Origin: Obrimoposthia wandeli
Taxonomy: Eukaryota
Reading direction: 5' to 3'
Length of the DNA: 64,000 bases
Assembly (NCBI GenBank): GCA_977020255.1
Contig: CDROCS010002686.1
Span: 248,001-312,000 of the forward strand
Part shown: positions 32,481 to 46,199 of the stretch, piece after piece
How the letters are laid out: each line of letters begins with the position of its first letter
How positions within the stretch are numbered: the first letter of the stretch is position 1
Made by a program: the position numbers and the translations under genes
Notes under the pieces: model-generated
Databases searched by the model: none
What the model was told of the DNA's origin: nothing
What the model saw: the letters and a program-made list of their open reading frames with translations, nothing else

Positions 32481-35199
32481 ATTTCATCGAGCACGCAACC
32501 AATATTTTAAAATTTTAATTTTTTTAACACGGTGAGGTAATAATAGTAATAATGTGATAATAAAACGATGTGGATCTGTGAATATGATGTGTGTATCTAT
32601 GCAATAATGTTAATTAACATTAATAATGCCTAATCAATGTTTATGGATTTTTTTATGAAATTATGTATTTGAAGTATTCTATCATGATTTGTTGTTGATC
32701 CTGAATTTAGTTAATGCAAATATATTTATGATCTTATGAGTTGGCGTTATTAATAAGTACAATAAGTACAGTTATACTCACAATTCAACACACGGTTTAG
32801 TTTGTTTTAAATTCATTCATCTTCAAATTTCTTGATTTCATCCATATAGTTATTTCATTAATAATATTGTCCATTTCAGTTATTAGAATCAAAATAAACA
32901 TAAAGTTGTCTATCATCGGTATACAGGTGGAAATGAATATTGTATTTCTTAATAATTGCTACGATTGAAGCATAAAACGAAAATAGGATTGGAGCAAGAA
33001 TCAAAGCCTGAGATCACCGCATATTAAGTATTAAGGATCATATACAGTGTCATAATATATAACAGATTGTTTTTTGCAAGTTAATAACTTTTCTTTGATA
33101 TTGCTTAATACAGTAAATCGATCCAGCAAAATGATTTTTAAAAAAAATTATTTAAAGGTTTCAAGGACCTTTGGATCACCCTGTACAATAAAGCTGGAAG
33201 AATAATAAATCGAGGTTGCTTAATATCAAATTATGAAATGAAAATTGGAGATATAGTTTTATAGTATTTTATGGCTTAGAACTTGCACTTTCGACAATGG
33301 ATTGAACAGAAAAGTCTCAAATTACTTTGTTCACAATGTCTGTAATAATAAAGCGACATTCATAAATATCAATTTTTTTGAGTCATCAATACAACAAGTG
33401 AGTGTAGATCTGGTTAAATAATTTGACAACTGAAACTTATTAAAATACGTTTTCTCATTTTCAACGAACTTATTCAACAGCCAATCGAATGTATTGATTC
33501 TAGATCTACTGCAGCCTGTATCATCGTCTGATACAGATTGTACTAGAATTTTTTACAAGCAATTAATCATAAGCGTTTGTTTTGCAGTGAATTACTTTAA
33601 CAATTTTCACACCTACATGTAATCGTAAACAGTGATTTTTAATTATATTTGGTCTTATATTTATTCAAGAATGAAAACCTTTCCACTAAAGATATTTTTA
33701 AACTTGATAACCCTGAGTTTCTACACAATCTACATACAGTAAACGTAATGATAATATCTGCTTGGAATACAATATTGTAATACCACTTAAGATACATAGT
33801 AGAAATAAGCATAATAGAACTTCCACGAATTCCTTAATACGAAACTTCATCCTCTTTTTAAATCTTTTTATTCTATCAAAAATTTGTACTCTATATAATT
33901 CTTCATATTACTTAACAACACTGAAACTCGTCACCATTATATAATCCAGACAAACACATACAGGCAGCTGTTTATAATCCAATACATAACACACAACATC
34001 GAGCCAGCAAAGCATTAATGTAAATTCATATAAAACTCGACCCTAATTCGCAGAAGAATCAATACAATATATTATTTTACCTTTAGAACACATGCTAAAA
34101 ATATGTTTTAATTAAATTTGATCGTTATTTTAGATAGTGTGATGTCATAGAAATACCAACTATTGCTATTTACATTTTTCTGTTGTGAATTTAATGGTTT
34201 TGACGATTAGAAATCCAACTCAGAGATGCAGTTGATGGCTCCAAATAAATAAAGAATCTCTAACTACTGTGTGACATATTTTAAACTAGCAAATATCAAG
34301 CAATCGTACCAGAACAGAAATATGAATTCTCTAAATTGTGACACAAACATATTTACATTTCTCTTCACTGGAACGTACAGATAGAAAAATAGGCATCACA
34401 AATCACGGTATATTTAAGGTTTTATTGTATAGAATTTTTCCTTATGTTATAAACTAAACTGACTTTGATATAAAATTGACATTATACTGAACATTTCCCC
34501 TTTTTTAGAACATTTATGAAACGTTTATTTACAGTATTTAAAATAAACTAAACAATGCTTACAAAACAATGATTTACTCGTTTATTTTTTAATATACCTA
34601 AGTTTTGACTCTTAAATAACAAAATTCTTATGGAAGATAATTTTTATTCATTTATAAATGTCAAAATACACGAATAGAGTGATTTTAAATTCATCTTACA
34701 CTGGAAAGTTTCCAAACTGGATGCTTGGAGTTGAATGAAATTTAGTATACAGTTAGATACTGGTAAAATATTAAATTCTCCAAAGACAAATGAAAAAACA
34801 GCGATAGAATCCGTAGATTACGAGTCAGTTTGTAAGAGATATACAGATTTTCTTAACGGGAACGAAATAAAAATCCTTTTATATAATGTAAATTTATTTT
34901 CATTACATTTGTACATAACGGATAATCGCAAGTAACTCATCAATTTGGCACCTTCTAGCGTGCTATTGCTTTTAATGAATAAATATGGAACAAAATACAA
35001 ATAAACTAAAATACATAAGTACTAAAAAATTATCTGGGATTTTGTACTGCCATTTGCTATTAGATAGATAAACTTATATTTTAAGCGCATACATCTAACA
35101 GCTGCATACTATTTTTACAAAAAACATGCCATCTTCATAACAGAATCTGCTGCTTCTGGTTCAGGAAAAAAACAGAGATTGCTGTAGCATTTGTGCTGG

Positions 35200-35750
35200 A
35201 TTAAATATATCTTTAGACTGTTCAAAAATCTTTAGTCCATATTTATTCAGCATGTAACACATTTCATTGTTAATCTTTAGAGAAAATGCTGACCACATTT
35301 TTTTTTTAGATTTGATTTTGAAAGTAATAGTTTCAATTTACTTTTTGTTCTGTTATTTCTTAAATTTATTGCAGTTTGAATATTATCTTCTGTTATTATC
35401 TCACATAGATTGACTATCTTTAATCAACAATTAATTGCTATTAATTTATAATTTATTCTTTCTCTAACATGTAATCAACCAAGCTCTTTTAAGTGATTAT
35501 TTATACTTTCACATGTCTTAATTTTAAAGACCAATCGTGTAATTCTGTTTTGAATCAATTGCCGGTTTTTAAGTAACATCCTTGAGTTTTGTGTAGGAAC
35601 GAATTTGGAAAATCTAGTTCAGATGATAAAATGCTTTGTTTGTTTTAAATAGGTTTTTAGTGAATTGTGTATTCGATTAAACATGGGCCTTTTCATTTTC
35701 TGTGTAACATCATTTACTATAAGAATTGTTGGTTTCTAAGTCATTTAAAA
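35200..35750 (-). mobile_element. L2/CR1-type LINE fragment
   Basis: LDFPNSFL...SINNHLKELG*LHVRERINYKLI matches the L2/CR1 C-terminal pattern. Confidence 0.55.
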
Positions 35751-36141
35751 TATGTAAGACCTAGAAATTTGGTTACGTATTCGAGTGACATCAAAAATAT
35801 TTATTGAACATTTAAAATGATTTCACCACACAAATAAAAATATATGTGTGGTAGTCTGTAAATTTCTGTTACTATCAATAACTTTTACTATTATATTCTT
35901 AAAAATAAATATTTTAAAGTAACTTTGAAGTAATTATTATACATTATGATATTTTTTTGGTAATTCGACTTCAAGAAAATTGCAAAAAGTTTACTTTCAT
36001 AAAATATTAAATTATCTAGCTTTGAAAGGGTAACCCCCATATGTAATCCATTAATTGTGATTCGGCCAATTGTCTAATTACACAAGGATTTATCAACGAA
36101 AATTTGTTTCTAGGTCATTTATGACAGATTCGTTGATGCAG

Positions 36142-39100
36142 TAGTCAGACCGGCAACAACTCTGGTGTAGGGACAGATCCCCGCAGTATCATTGCGGGCA
36201 TAAATGATGCCGGCTGCTACGATACCTATTATTGCGATGTGGATAGTCTAGCGGGAGCACAGCACAGCGTGATGGTGGCCCTTCTCATAGTTGCCTTGAT
36301 TGGACTGGCCAGCAACATATATTGTCTTGCCAAGATGTCCATTGGACACAACTGGCGCTTCTTCTTCCGAGCCAACCAATTTGGGCCGCACTTGGCTCTT
36401 CTCATTATCTGTGACTGTGGGCAGTTGTTGTTTGCACTTTTTCTCCAGGTAAGCTTTGTCACACGACTCACAGTCACTGTCACATGGTCAAACAAATATA
36501 TAATAACATGATCATACAGTCACATGGCCACAAAGTCATATGGTTACATTTTAGCATGGTCACACAGTCACATAGCCATACAGTAGCATGGCCATATAAT
36601 CACATGGGCACACAGTCACGTAGCCATACAGTAGCATGGCCATACAATCACATGGTCACAGTCACGTAGCCATACAGTAGCATGGCCATACAATCACATG
36701 GTCACACAGTCACAACCATACAGTAGCATGGCCACACAATCACATGGTCACACAGTCACAACCATACAGTAGCATGGCCATACAATCACATGGGCACACA
36801 GTCACGTAGCCATACAGTAGCATGGTCACTGATTCACATAGCCACCCAGTCCCATAACCATACAGTAGCATGGCCACCCATGGTAACAGTCACATGGCCA
36901 TACAGTTAAATGATCACACAATCACATAGCCACCCAGTCACATATAGCCATACAGTAGCATGGCCACCCATGGTAACAGTCACATGGCCATACAGTAAAA
37001 TGATCACACAATCACATAGCCACCCAGTCACATAGCCATACAGTAGCATGGCCACACGATCACATGGCCACACTGTCACATAACCATACTGTAGCATGGG
37101 CACACAATCACATGGTCACACTGTCACATGGTAACACTGTCACATGGCCATACAGGTACATGATCACACTGTCACATGGTCACACTGTCACATAACCATA
37201 CTGTAGCATGGGTACACAATCACATGGTCACACAGTCTCGTAGCCATACAGTAGATTGGCCACACGATCACATGGTAACATGGCCACATGATCACACAGT
37301 CACATGATCACACAGCCACACGGTAACACAATCACATGGTCACACAGTAGCATGGGCACACAATCACATGGTCACAGTCACATAACCATACAGTAGCATG
37401 GGCACACAGTCACATGGTCACACAGTCACATGATCACACAGTAACATGATCACACAGTCACATGGTCACACACGATCACATGGTCACACGATCACATATG
37501 GTAACACTGTCACATGGGCACACAATCACATGGTCACACAGTCACATAACCATACAGTAGCATGGGCACACAATCACATGGTAACACAATCACATGGTCA
37601 CACAGTCACGTAGCCTCTCTATTCAGGTTTTACCTCCGGTTGTGGCTGGCCATAGACACAAGGATCAGCTTGTCGTCTACCAACGTTACACCTTCCGCCT
37701 AGTACCGGTGTTGCTACCCTTGTTGGATCTATGCTGTCTTCTCGTCAGCTGGCTTCTAATAGCCATGCTCGTGCAAAGGAGCAACACCACACGACACTGG
37801 CTCCTTCTAGAAGTGAGTGGCATGTTCATTTAGTTTATATAATAATCGTATAAAACTCCATCATATTTACGTCATGTCCCCATTAGTTTGTTTGTCCATT
37901 CGTGTGAGTTCATTATCTGTATAGACGAAGATCCAATTTCAATAACTTCTTTTGAATATTACCATATATGAAAATATTCAATTAATTCAGACGTCCAACT
38001 AAAATTGTGTGTGATTTAATTATGAATTCATTGAATTTCCTTCTAAAGGAAATGTGCAAATTTTTGTCTCTAAATCTGTCTACAAATATGCAGTCAGTAA
38101 TGGTCACATGGCCGGACGTGGCGGTGTGCGTCTGTAATCCAACTACTAGGAGGCCGGGCGCATCAACTAAAATCAGTGAAATATGATTAAAGATGTGAAG
38201 TTCTATAATTTTGTTTTGTATAATAATTACATATATTTTTCAAAAAAATCATTCATTATAATTTGTAAAATAAAATTTTTAGTTTTTGTTAAATTGAAAA
38301 CTTCATTTAACACCAATAAAGTTAATCCACATTAAAGGTTTTAAAATGTAAAACAGATAACACAATTTCATAAGCTTGTAAAAATAATTAACACATTCAA
38401 AATGAAAGTAAGATAAAACTAACTGAAAACCTCTCATTAGTAGAAACAATAATTAGATGAATAATACTAAAGTGAAAGTAAATGCATGATTTCTTTTTAC
38501 GGAACATAATAACAATAATATAGTTAATATAGCGTCTATATATGATTTATTACTCATAAGCACTTCCTGTTTTCGATTATTTTTCGTCTTATTTTCTGAA
38601 TAGTAAAGTCTTCAAATGATTCTTGACATTTTCAACATTGTTACAGTTTCTTATATCCATCGGTTTATGGTCGTAAACATTTGGATAATAAATTTCAAAT
38701 ATGCCATAACTCTGTTTGTTATTTGATAATCTATTAATCAATTTGCATTCGTCATCGTTGCTCCTAAGATGCATATACACGCTCACTGCATCAGGCTCAA
38801 GAACATCATATATATATTTGGGCTTTTGTGAGAGAATACATCTTTTGTAATAAGCCGGATTTTGAATAATAATTTCGCCATAATAGTCCACAAATCCAAT
38901 CAAAATAAACCGGAATTAGAATTCCAAGATTTTCGCAAATTAGTCTAATACAACACATTAATAATACATTACTGACTGCATATTTGTAGACAGATTTATA
39001 GACAAAAATTAGCACATTTCTTTTAGAAGGAAATTCAATGAATTCGTAATTAAATCACACACACTTTTAGTTGGACGTCTGAATTAATTGAATATTTTCG

Positions 39101-42100
39101 TTTCGCCATTAGTTTAATTATCTTATTATATACGCATGTCAGAACACGTTCAGGCTCATACGATGTATTTTTTCTCAAATGCTACACTTGACTATGACAA
39201 ATTAGAGTTATTTTATTAAGCACATTTCGCAGCCCTCAAATTGTAACACTTTATTTTCGTTCTCAACCTTTTCAACAAAACATGTGGCTAATTCGTCGCA
39301 TTTTTTGATTATTCACAACCCTTTATAAAATTAGGGACAATTAACACAACAAAAAATGTTATTTGGTAAACAATTATTAATTCCATAAACGACAAGCCTC
39401 AGTCATAAAGTCTACAGTGAAGTTCAATGGGATGGGGACACCTGCTTGACCTTCATCAGTCTGCTACGTTGTGCTATGTTTTGAACAGTGCAACTCTCAT
39501 GTCATGTCTCACATCCAGTCTAGACCTCGACGATAACCTTGGGCTCATGGTGAGCACATGGGCTCATAACCTCATAATAAACTTGAGCTAATCGTGACCT
39601 TAAGCTGTGCTCATGTTTTCACGCGCAAAAGTTTTGAATTTTGAATTTGCGCGCATCAAAATTGATGTATTGAAACAAAAGATTTTTTTAAATAATAAGT
39701 CATGACCTTGACTTTTAAATCATATGCCATTTTAAAAATTTTAACCTTAATTGAGAATGAGCTCCAGAAATCGAGTGAAAACACCATAAATAAACCGAAA
39801 TTTGAATACGCGCCAATCAAAATTGGTGCATTATAAACAAAAAGTTGATGAAAATATACGTTTTATAGTACATAATGACCTTGATCTTAAAATATCATGG
39901 GTAGTCGGGAGAAATTTCACCTTGACCTACATCTGACATAAAAATTTCGCGCAAATTAAAAAAAAAAAAGAGTTTTCGTTTTGGGGGTGGCCGCTACTGC
40001 TCACATCCATATACTCCTGCAGCATTGTCTAATAATAAAAGCACGTGGAAATTAATATTTTGAGCACAACAATAGGCTTTTAATTCGAGAACAGCGCAAT
40101 TTTCTACCCAATCTTTAAAGAGGACTGCAGTCATCCACGCTTTTTAAATTGGCACGCAAATAAATCGAAAGAGTACTTTTTCACATTTTTAAAAGCTCTT
40201 GGATAGCTTTATGTTCAAGTTTAAATTTATTTGCAGTTGGAACATCTGCACTAGTTGATTCTCCTTTCAACGCAAATTATGCAAATTTTCTCGAGTTTTG
40301 AAACATTCAAACCAACCTTGACTGGCTTCAAATTCTTTTAAATTTTCACTGCTATATGATGGCGAATTCTTTCTAATATCATTAAAAATACTTACAGCTT
40401 TGTTTTAAATCACCATTAATAACAGTGGCATCCTTCACTAATTTCGGTTTTCTATCCAAATGCTAAGAATTGACTCCATTTTTATCACAAATGAACTTCT
40501 TATTTTAGTAATTTGTTTGGATTGTAATGGTGTAGCAGTTTTAGCAACCTGTCTTATTTGATCAGCATTTCGATTACAAATTGTCCTTACTGTAGTCGGA
40601 GCTAATTACTTTTACAGCAGTAATTACTTTTTTAAACAACTTTTTACATAAAAATTTAACTTTTACTAAATGGGAAATCCTCTTTATAAAAGGGAAATAA
40701 CCTCTAAACTCTAGCAATGTAAATAAAAATATTAATTGTTTAAAAAACATATCAACTTCGAACGCGACTAGACATTTTAACGACGCAACTTTGAAAACAC
40801 CAAAATTTATGAATGACGCAACTTCGAAAGCGACGCAAATTGTGGTTTTGGCGTAATTGCAATTTAATTTTCAATTCAATTCAATTCAATGCAAAATGTA
40901 AATCGATTAATTTAATCAATAAAATATTTTTGAAGGTTGAATGGAAAATCAAATGTTTTAATTCTTTTAATCACACTGAAAATACGTAGGAATAATAAGG
41001 AATACCAAACTGTACTTATTGATTATCATAAATTTTCTTGGATTTCAGTGCCTTATTTTAATTAATTTAGGGCTCGCTGATAAAAGACAAAATATCAATA
41101 AAACACCTAATGAATAATTTATTATTGAATAATTAAAATTTCAAGTTTGTGTTGTGAAATTTTTGAAGGCTTCATTGTCAAGCAGTCTCAACACTGTCGT
41201 CTCTATTGCAGGCGGACGGTGCCGAGTTCCGGCACAAGACAATACCCCACTCGACCCTAGTGCTATCTCCGTCGCCCAGCACACCTCCCAGTCGCCGTGC
41301 CGTCATCCGTCAGCTGGTCGGCATAATCTGTGCCCTGACACTCATCTGTGTGCCCAAGTTTGCCGAGTACACGCACAACTATGACATCCACAGCCACCAA
41401 GGCATCGTGGTTCCCCTGCTGCGTGTCATCAAACCATACCGCATGGTGGCCCTCAAGTTTCTCTACCCGTCTGTGGAGTGCGTCGTCCCGATTCTGCTCA
41501 TGCTCGCCTACATTGCCGTCATCAAGTACCACGAGACCATTCTGCTTCGTGTCCGGCCCATCTCCACAACGACGGATTCTTCTGTTGGACCCACCACCAC
41601 AGTTGCCACTGCCACTGTCATTGCTGTCGCTTCCACCAATGACGCCAGTAAGAGAATATTTTTGTCCTATCTCTTTTATTTCATAAGATTATCTTGAAAA
41701 TTGTACTTCTCATACTGATAATTTGGAAGTAGTAATTGTTCCTGTTTTACTCGAAACTTTGGGTTAGACAAATTTTTCAGAATGTATAAATTAAAAGTTT
41801 CTTTTATGCAGAAAACAGAAACAAATTGTTATAATAATTGCTTTTCGCTAATCGGAAAAATCGATTTTAATATGTTTATTTCTATGAAATCCTTTCAGTG
41901 AAAAGAACCGTATTTATAATTCTTCGACTTTTTTTGGCATATACGGGGAAATAATGATGACACTGCCTGACAAATATTAACTTTTCTTCCATTTAACAAA
42001 AAAGCGTATTTCTAGTCTAAATGTATTAGCTTATTATGAAAATGTTTTTAAAAATTCCATATTGTCAGGATTTTGAAACAACAACACAAAAAAACGGTTT

Positions 42101-44656
42101 TACATTTATGTGTTTTAGTTATTAATTAATTATTGGGTACGATCTGTTACGAAAAGTGCTTGTATTGGATTCTAATAGATTCCTCTGTGGCAAACGTGAG
42201 CCAAGCATTTCATTTTGCTGTTTAGAACGATTTAAATTAATATCATTACTGTTAAATCTCGGATCCTTTTCTTTTCTTTGCAATATATTTTTTACAGTTT
42301 AGATTTTTTAAAATAAACTTCTCGTCACATATTTATATTTGTTCAGTTAACAAAGTTATTTTTGTAAAATAGGATCGTGAAATGTTTTTTCTATAAAAAG
42401 CAACTGTTCAAAATACTTTTTATCTAAACCTGACTGACATTGGACTTTTTACAGGGTGAACCAGTATACTATAGAAAACTAATAAAAATATGTTTTTGAA
42501 AAACGGCTAACCGAGTTTGTAATACAAATATAATATCTATCTTTGTTTTAATAAACTAAGTTATATATTTATTTCCGCTTGAAAGTTTAAAATTCTTACG
42601 TAGTGTATTTTATGTGGTCGATTAATCTTTCGATGATTATTTTTCATTGCTCCACAATCGAAATATGGTTTTTAAAGCAACATATAAACAATGTTTATTA
42701 ATCATATACAAACTAATTATCTATAAAATATGCAAATTTCAAATAAAATCATTCTGAAATTGATTAAGTTTGTATTTTTTACTAAAGCCAAAACTCACTA
42801 ATATGCATACATAGCAATGGGCTAAATCCTGACACACTTAATTGTGTTGTATGAATATCAGTCACTGACAAAAAGTTGTTTATCAAGCTCTTATTGTAAT
42901 AGAACTTTCCGAAAAATAATGTGGGAATTTTTTTTCCCATAGCAATTGATGAATCACATTTTATAGTACAATAATTATTACATTACCACACAATCTAATA
43001 TCGGAATATAATGTCAATTTATATGTTGGTAGTGGGAAATTTTAATCTTAAATGGGGATTAATATCCAAATCTTACTATAATTTTCCAGATGTCTATCTG
43101 TCCAAGTCCATCTTTGGTAAGGAGTGGATATATTCTACTGTATTTCTGCAAATATTATCAAGAAAAAATGTGAATTTAAGTTAAGCTAACAAAGATTTTT
43201 TTAGCATTAACATAAAAAAAGTTGTTTGTATTTTCCATGTACAAACAAATAAAAAATGTCCGAGAGGGAATTTATAATCTAGGGGTTTGCTAATGAAGTA
43301 CAAAGAAAATTCACACATTAAAGAAATACCATATTTCTGATCCAAATTGATTCTTTAACTTTATTTGTATGCATTTAATTTTTTTACTCGTCTCTATTTG
43401 GATAATTTTTATTCGCTTCCTGTTCATTAATCAAAACTTTCAACTCCTGGTGTCTGAATTTTTTGTCACATTGAATTTATTTCTTCTTCATGCGCTACCT
43501 TGCACTCTCTTCTATTTTATTCTTCCGGTTTTGCTTTTCCCATTTATTATATTACAATTTTATAAAAATAGATTATAAACCTTACAAAAATGTTTATTTT
43601 TGATTTTAATTCTATCCCTAAAATGTAATTTAATTTTTAATGACCTTAATTAAATTATAAGTTATTTATTGTGGATATATGAAATACTCAATTTAGCCAT
43701 AATTACAATTTTGCATAAATCATTATATTTTTCGGAATATATTACCAACATGAAATTATAGATATTTTAAATGTATAAATTGTAAGCATTATGAAAAATA
43801 AGGTCCTAGACGAAAGTGTAAAAGATGAAATAACTTTTTATCTCATAAATATTGTCTCTGAAATTTATTGTTCATTCATTGTAATGTATTAAGTTTGGTC
43901 TATAAATCATTCTTGCCGATTAATTACGTTTTTTTATTTTTTTATTCTGTTTTGTTCTTCTGATTTATTCGGTATATTTGAGTTTTTTCACAAATTTAAA
44001 ATTTTTAAAATATGTCAACATTCTTTGATTACAATACATAGCATTTCTTCATTTATCCATTTTTGTATAACAAATTTTGTAATTTATGCAAAATATTGAA
44101 AAGTTAGAGTAAAGTATATTATTTATAAATCAAAGTAGTAGACTACATAATAAATATTTTAAAATGTAGATGTTTTTTTCTGGTGAGGTAATTTTGGTGT
44201 GACTGCAGTAATCTGAGCCATCTTTATGCAGACGCAAGTAACCTGGCGCCCTTCAGTGTGGCTGGTGTGAGTCGGCGCACCCAGCTAGTAATCTGGAGCA
44301 GTACTGTGTTGCTGCTGCAGCTGACGATGCGGCTCTCAGCGATGATCGTGGGCGTGGAGCGCACCCTAGAAGGCAGTCCCGAGGAGCAGTGGCCGCGTCT
44401 GCGACAAATCATCCGGTTGACTGCACAGGTGGTCGCGGTCGTCGTTGTGTCCTGCAAGCCACTCATCTATGTGCACTGCTGTCCGCGGCTGTTGCGCAAA
44501 GACCTCTCTACCGGCTTCGATGCATTTGCAGCTCACAGCAAGCACAACCATGGCAACAGCAACAATAATAACAGAAAGCAGTCAATGCAGATTGACAAGG
44601 AAGAGGTTGAGGATGAGGTCAATGAAATAGCTTCTTTTACCAAAAATCCCGCCTAG
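36142..44656 (+). CDS. Class A (rhodopsin-like) 7TM GPCR, peptide-receptor-like; exons ~36142-36448, 37627-37812, 41212-41647, 44232-44656; true 5' exon not located
   Basis: All three junctions are GT-AG and phase-consistent (0, 0, 1). TM1 IGLASN, TM2 LIICD, TM3 LVQRS (DRY variant), TM4 ICVPKFAEY, TM5 VVPILL, TM6, TM7 SCKPLIY (NPxxY variant); N-terminal NNS sequon. Confidence 0.85.
36455..37612. repeat. Complex minisatellite filling GPCR intron 1
   Basis: Built from CACAGTCACATGGT and CCATACAGTAGCATGG units; includes a 90-bp higher-order duplication at 36861 and 36951. Confidence 0.9.
37970..38102 (+). repeat. 133-bp inverted copy of 38967-39099
   Basis: GAAAATATTCAATTAATTCAGACGTCCAAC...TATGCAGTCAGTAATG is the reverse complement of 38967-39099 with few mismatches. 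Confidence 0.9.
38111..38158 (+). ncRNA. 7SL (SRP) RNA 5' Alu-domain-like fragment, probably a pseudogene
   Basis: GCCGGACGTGGCGGTGTGCGTCTGTAATCCAACTACTAGGAGGCCGGG aligns to the remembered 7SL 5' end GCCGGGCGCGGTGGCGCGTGCCTGTAGTCCCAGCTACTCGGGAGGCTGAG, mostly by transitions; no S domain follows. Confidence 0.7.
38520..39099 (-). mobile_element. L2/CR1-type LINE 3' fragment
   Basis: IRLI..LDLWTIMAKLLFKI..PKYIYD..YGIFEIYYPNVYD..MDIRNCNNVENVKNHLKTLLF. Confidence 0.65.
39540..39990. mobile_element. Non-autonomous repeat with recurrent TGACCTT(G) motifs (Helentron-associated/MITE-like)
   Basis: TGACCTT(G)-type motifs near 39595, 39703, 39876 and 39920, plus a repeated AATTTG..CGCGC..CAAAATTG unit; family not established. 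Confidence 0.4.
40010..40680 (-). mobile_element. Tigger (TIGD1-like) transposase fossil in GPCR intron 2
   Basis: TTVRTI, KMESILSIWIEN, FEASQGWFECFKTR, KGESTSADV, KAWMTAVLFKDW, VLLLLDNA. Confidence 0.75.
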
Positions 44657-45199
44657 AAATCCTTCATCTCCCAAATCTATCTCTATCTGTCTCAAATATC
44701 ATTATTTGTCTTTTTAGTTTAACATTATCCCCAACTTGTGCCGTCTTCTATCAATATCCTATATTTTGAGAGCATCTGTCTCTCTGCTTCCTCACCTTAC
44801 GGAATCGTGTTCGCTTTACCTCCTGAAACGGCAATCTCATTCCTGTGTTGAAATCAAAGGTGTTTTGTAAACCTTATTTGATATCTGTTTTTTCCAGTGA
44901 TATTGTGGTTTTGAGATTTAATACTTATGCTTTACAGTGAATTTATGGCTTTGTCTTTTTACAGTTTTGAATGATTTTTTTGTGTTATTTTTGAACCAGT
45001 CAAAAACCTCCAATATGCATGCTGTATCAGGTCAATTTCCTGTGTGCGAGACACTTATGAATAAAAACATAACTTATCTTTATAATGTCTTCAAATGAGC
45101 CCCGAAGGTAATTATAAAAAACATCAGTCGAAAATGTTGGAGAAAAATATTACAAAACAATGAATATTTGTTTGAATATGATAAAACTTCCAGCTATGA

Positions 45200-45420
45200 C
45201 AAATAATTATCAAATGCATCTATTCTCTTTAAATCCTCGGAATGTTCGTTCACTTTCTTCAAAAATTGAGTTTGGAATTGCTTTACAGGTGCCCGGTAGT
45301 CTTAACTATCATAATTTCTGTGAAGCAAGTTATATTATAAGAAATAAAATAGCCACTGATTTCACAAATTAAACCTAGACTTTATTGGTTACAAACATTT
45401 ACACAATGTCGATACCTTTT
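45200..45420 (+). mobile_element. Possible LINE APE endonuclease fragment
   Basis: FSLNPRNVRSLSSKIE resembles the NxRSLxxK start of APE domains; the rest is degenerate. Confidence 0.3.
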
Positions 45421-46199
45421 TTAGTCAGTCAGATGTTCGAGGTCGACCAACCCTTTCTGCATTTGCTAAACTTGTATCTTGAATGTAAAAATGCCTATAA
45501 ACGGAGTCTAGGGATGGTGGCTCATCTCCCCAAGAACTTTCTAGCCTAACATGAATATATGAGATTTATATTTATTTTCCTTAAATATATAAATAAAATT
45601 TGTATAACTTTTTTTTAAAATTCCATACTGTCTTCTGTCAAAACAAAGATTTTAAATATAAATAAACACAGTTATTTTTAAATTTGACATATTTCAGCGT
45701 GGTGACTGACCTAAGTAACTTTTAAATAACATTCAATTAATAGTTTCATGATATCTTTAACTGTTCTCAAACTTTAAATGGTACAATGTATGGCTTTCAT
45801 AATTGAAATCATATGATTTAATAGTGGGCTATTTTAATAGGAAAAACCGGCAATATGGGTTGTGTTACTGGTGATTAAAAATTGTATTCAATTATATTCG
45901 TTTTCGATTGAATCAAAAATCATGTATGTGTTAGATTAGGAAAGATGAATTAAATAAATAACATGGTTATTTATAGTGAAAAAATAACCTTAAAAAAGTG
46001 ATACCAAAAGAAAAATAAATGTTTTTTCAAACTCAAAAACATAATAATTTTGAGACCTTGAAGAGGTTATAGAAATGTGTTTATATCTAATGGATAAAAA
46101 TATAAAAAAAAGCCTCAGAAGAATTAGAGCCGAAAAGGGAAATCAAGAATATTTCAGAAAATTTGTGAAAAGTCACAGCGAGACGATACAACAGTATTA

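Noticed and set aside
36455-37612. ORFs 36484-36669 and 36906-37103, and a CRISPR interpretation
   Set aside because: Translations simply mirror the minisatellite, which lies inside a phase-consistent GPCR intron.
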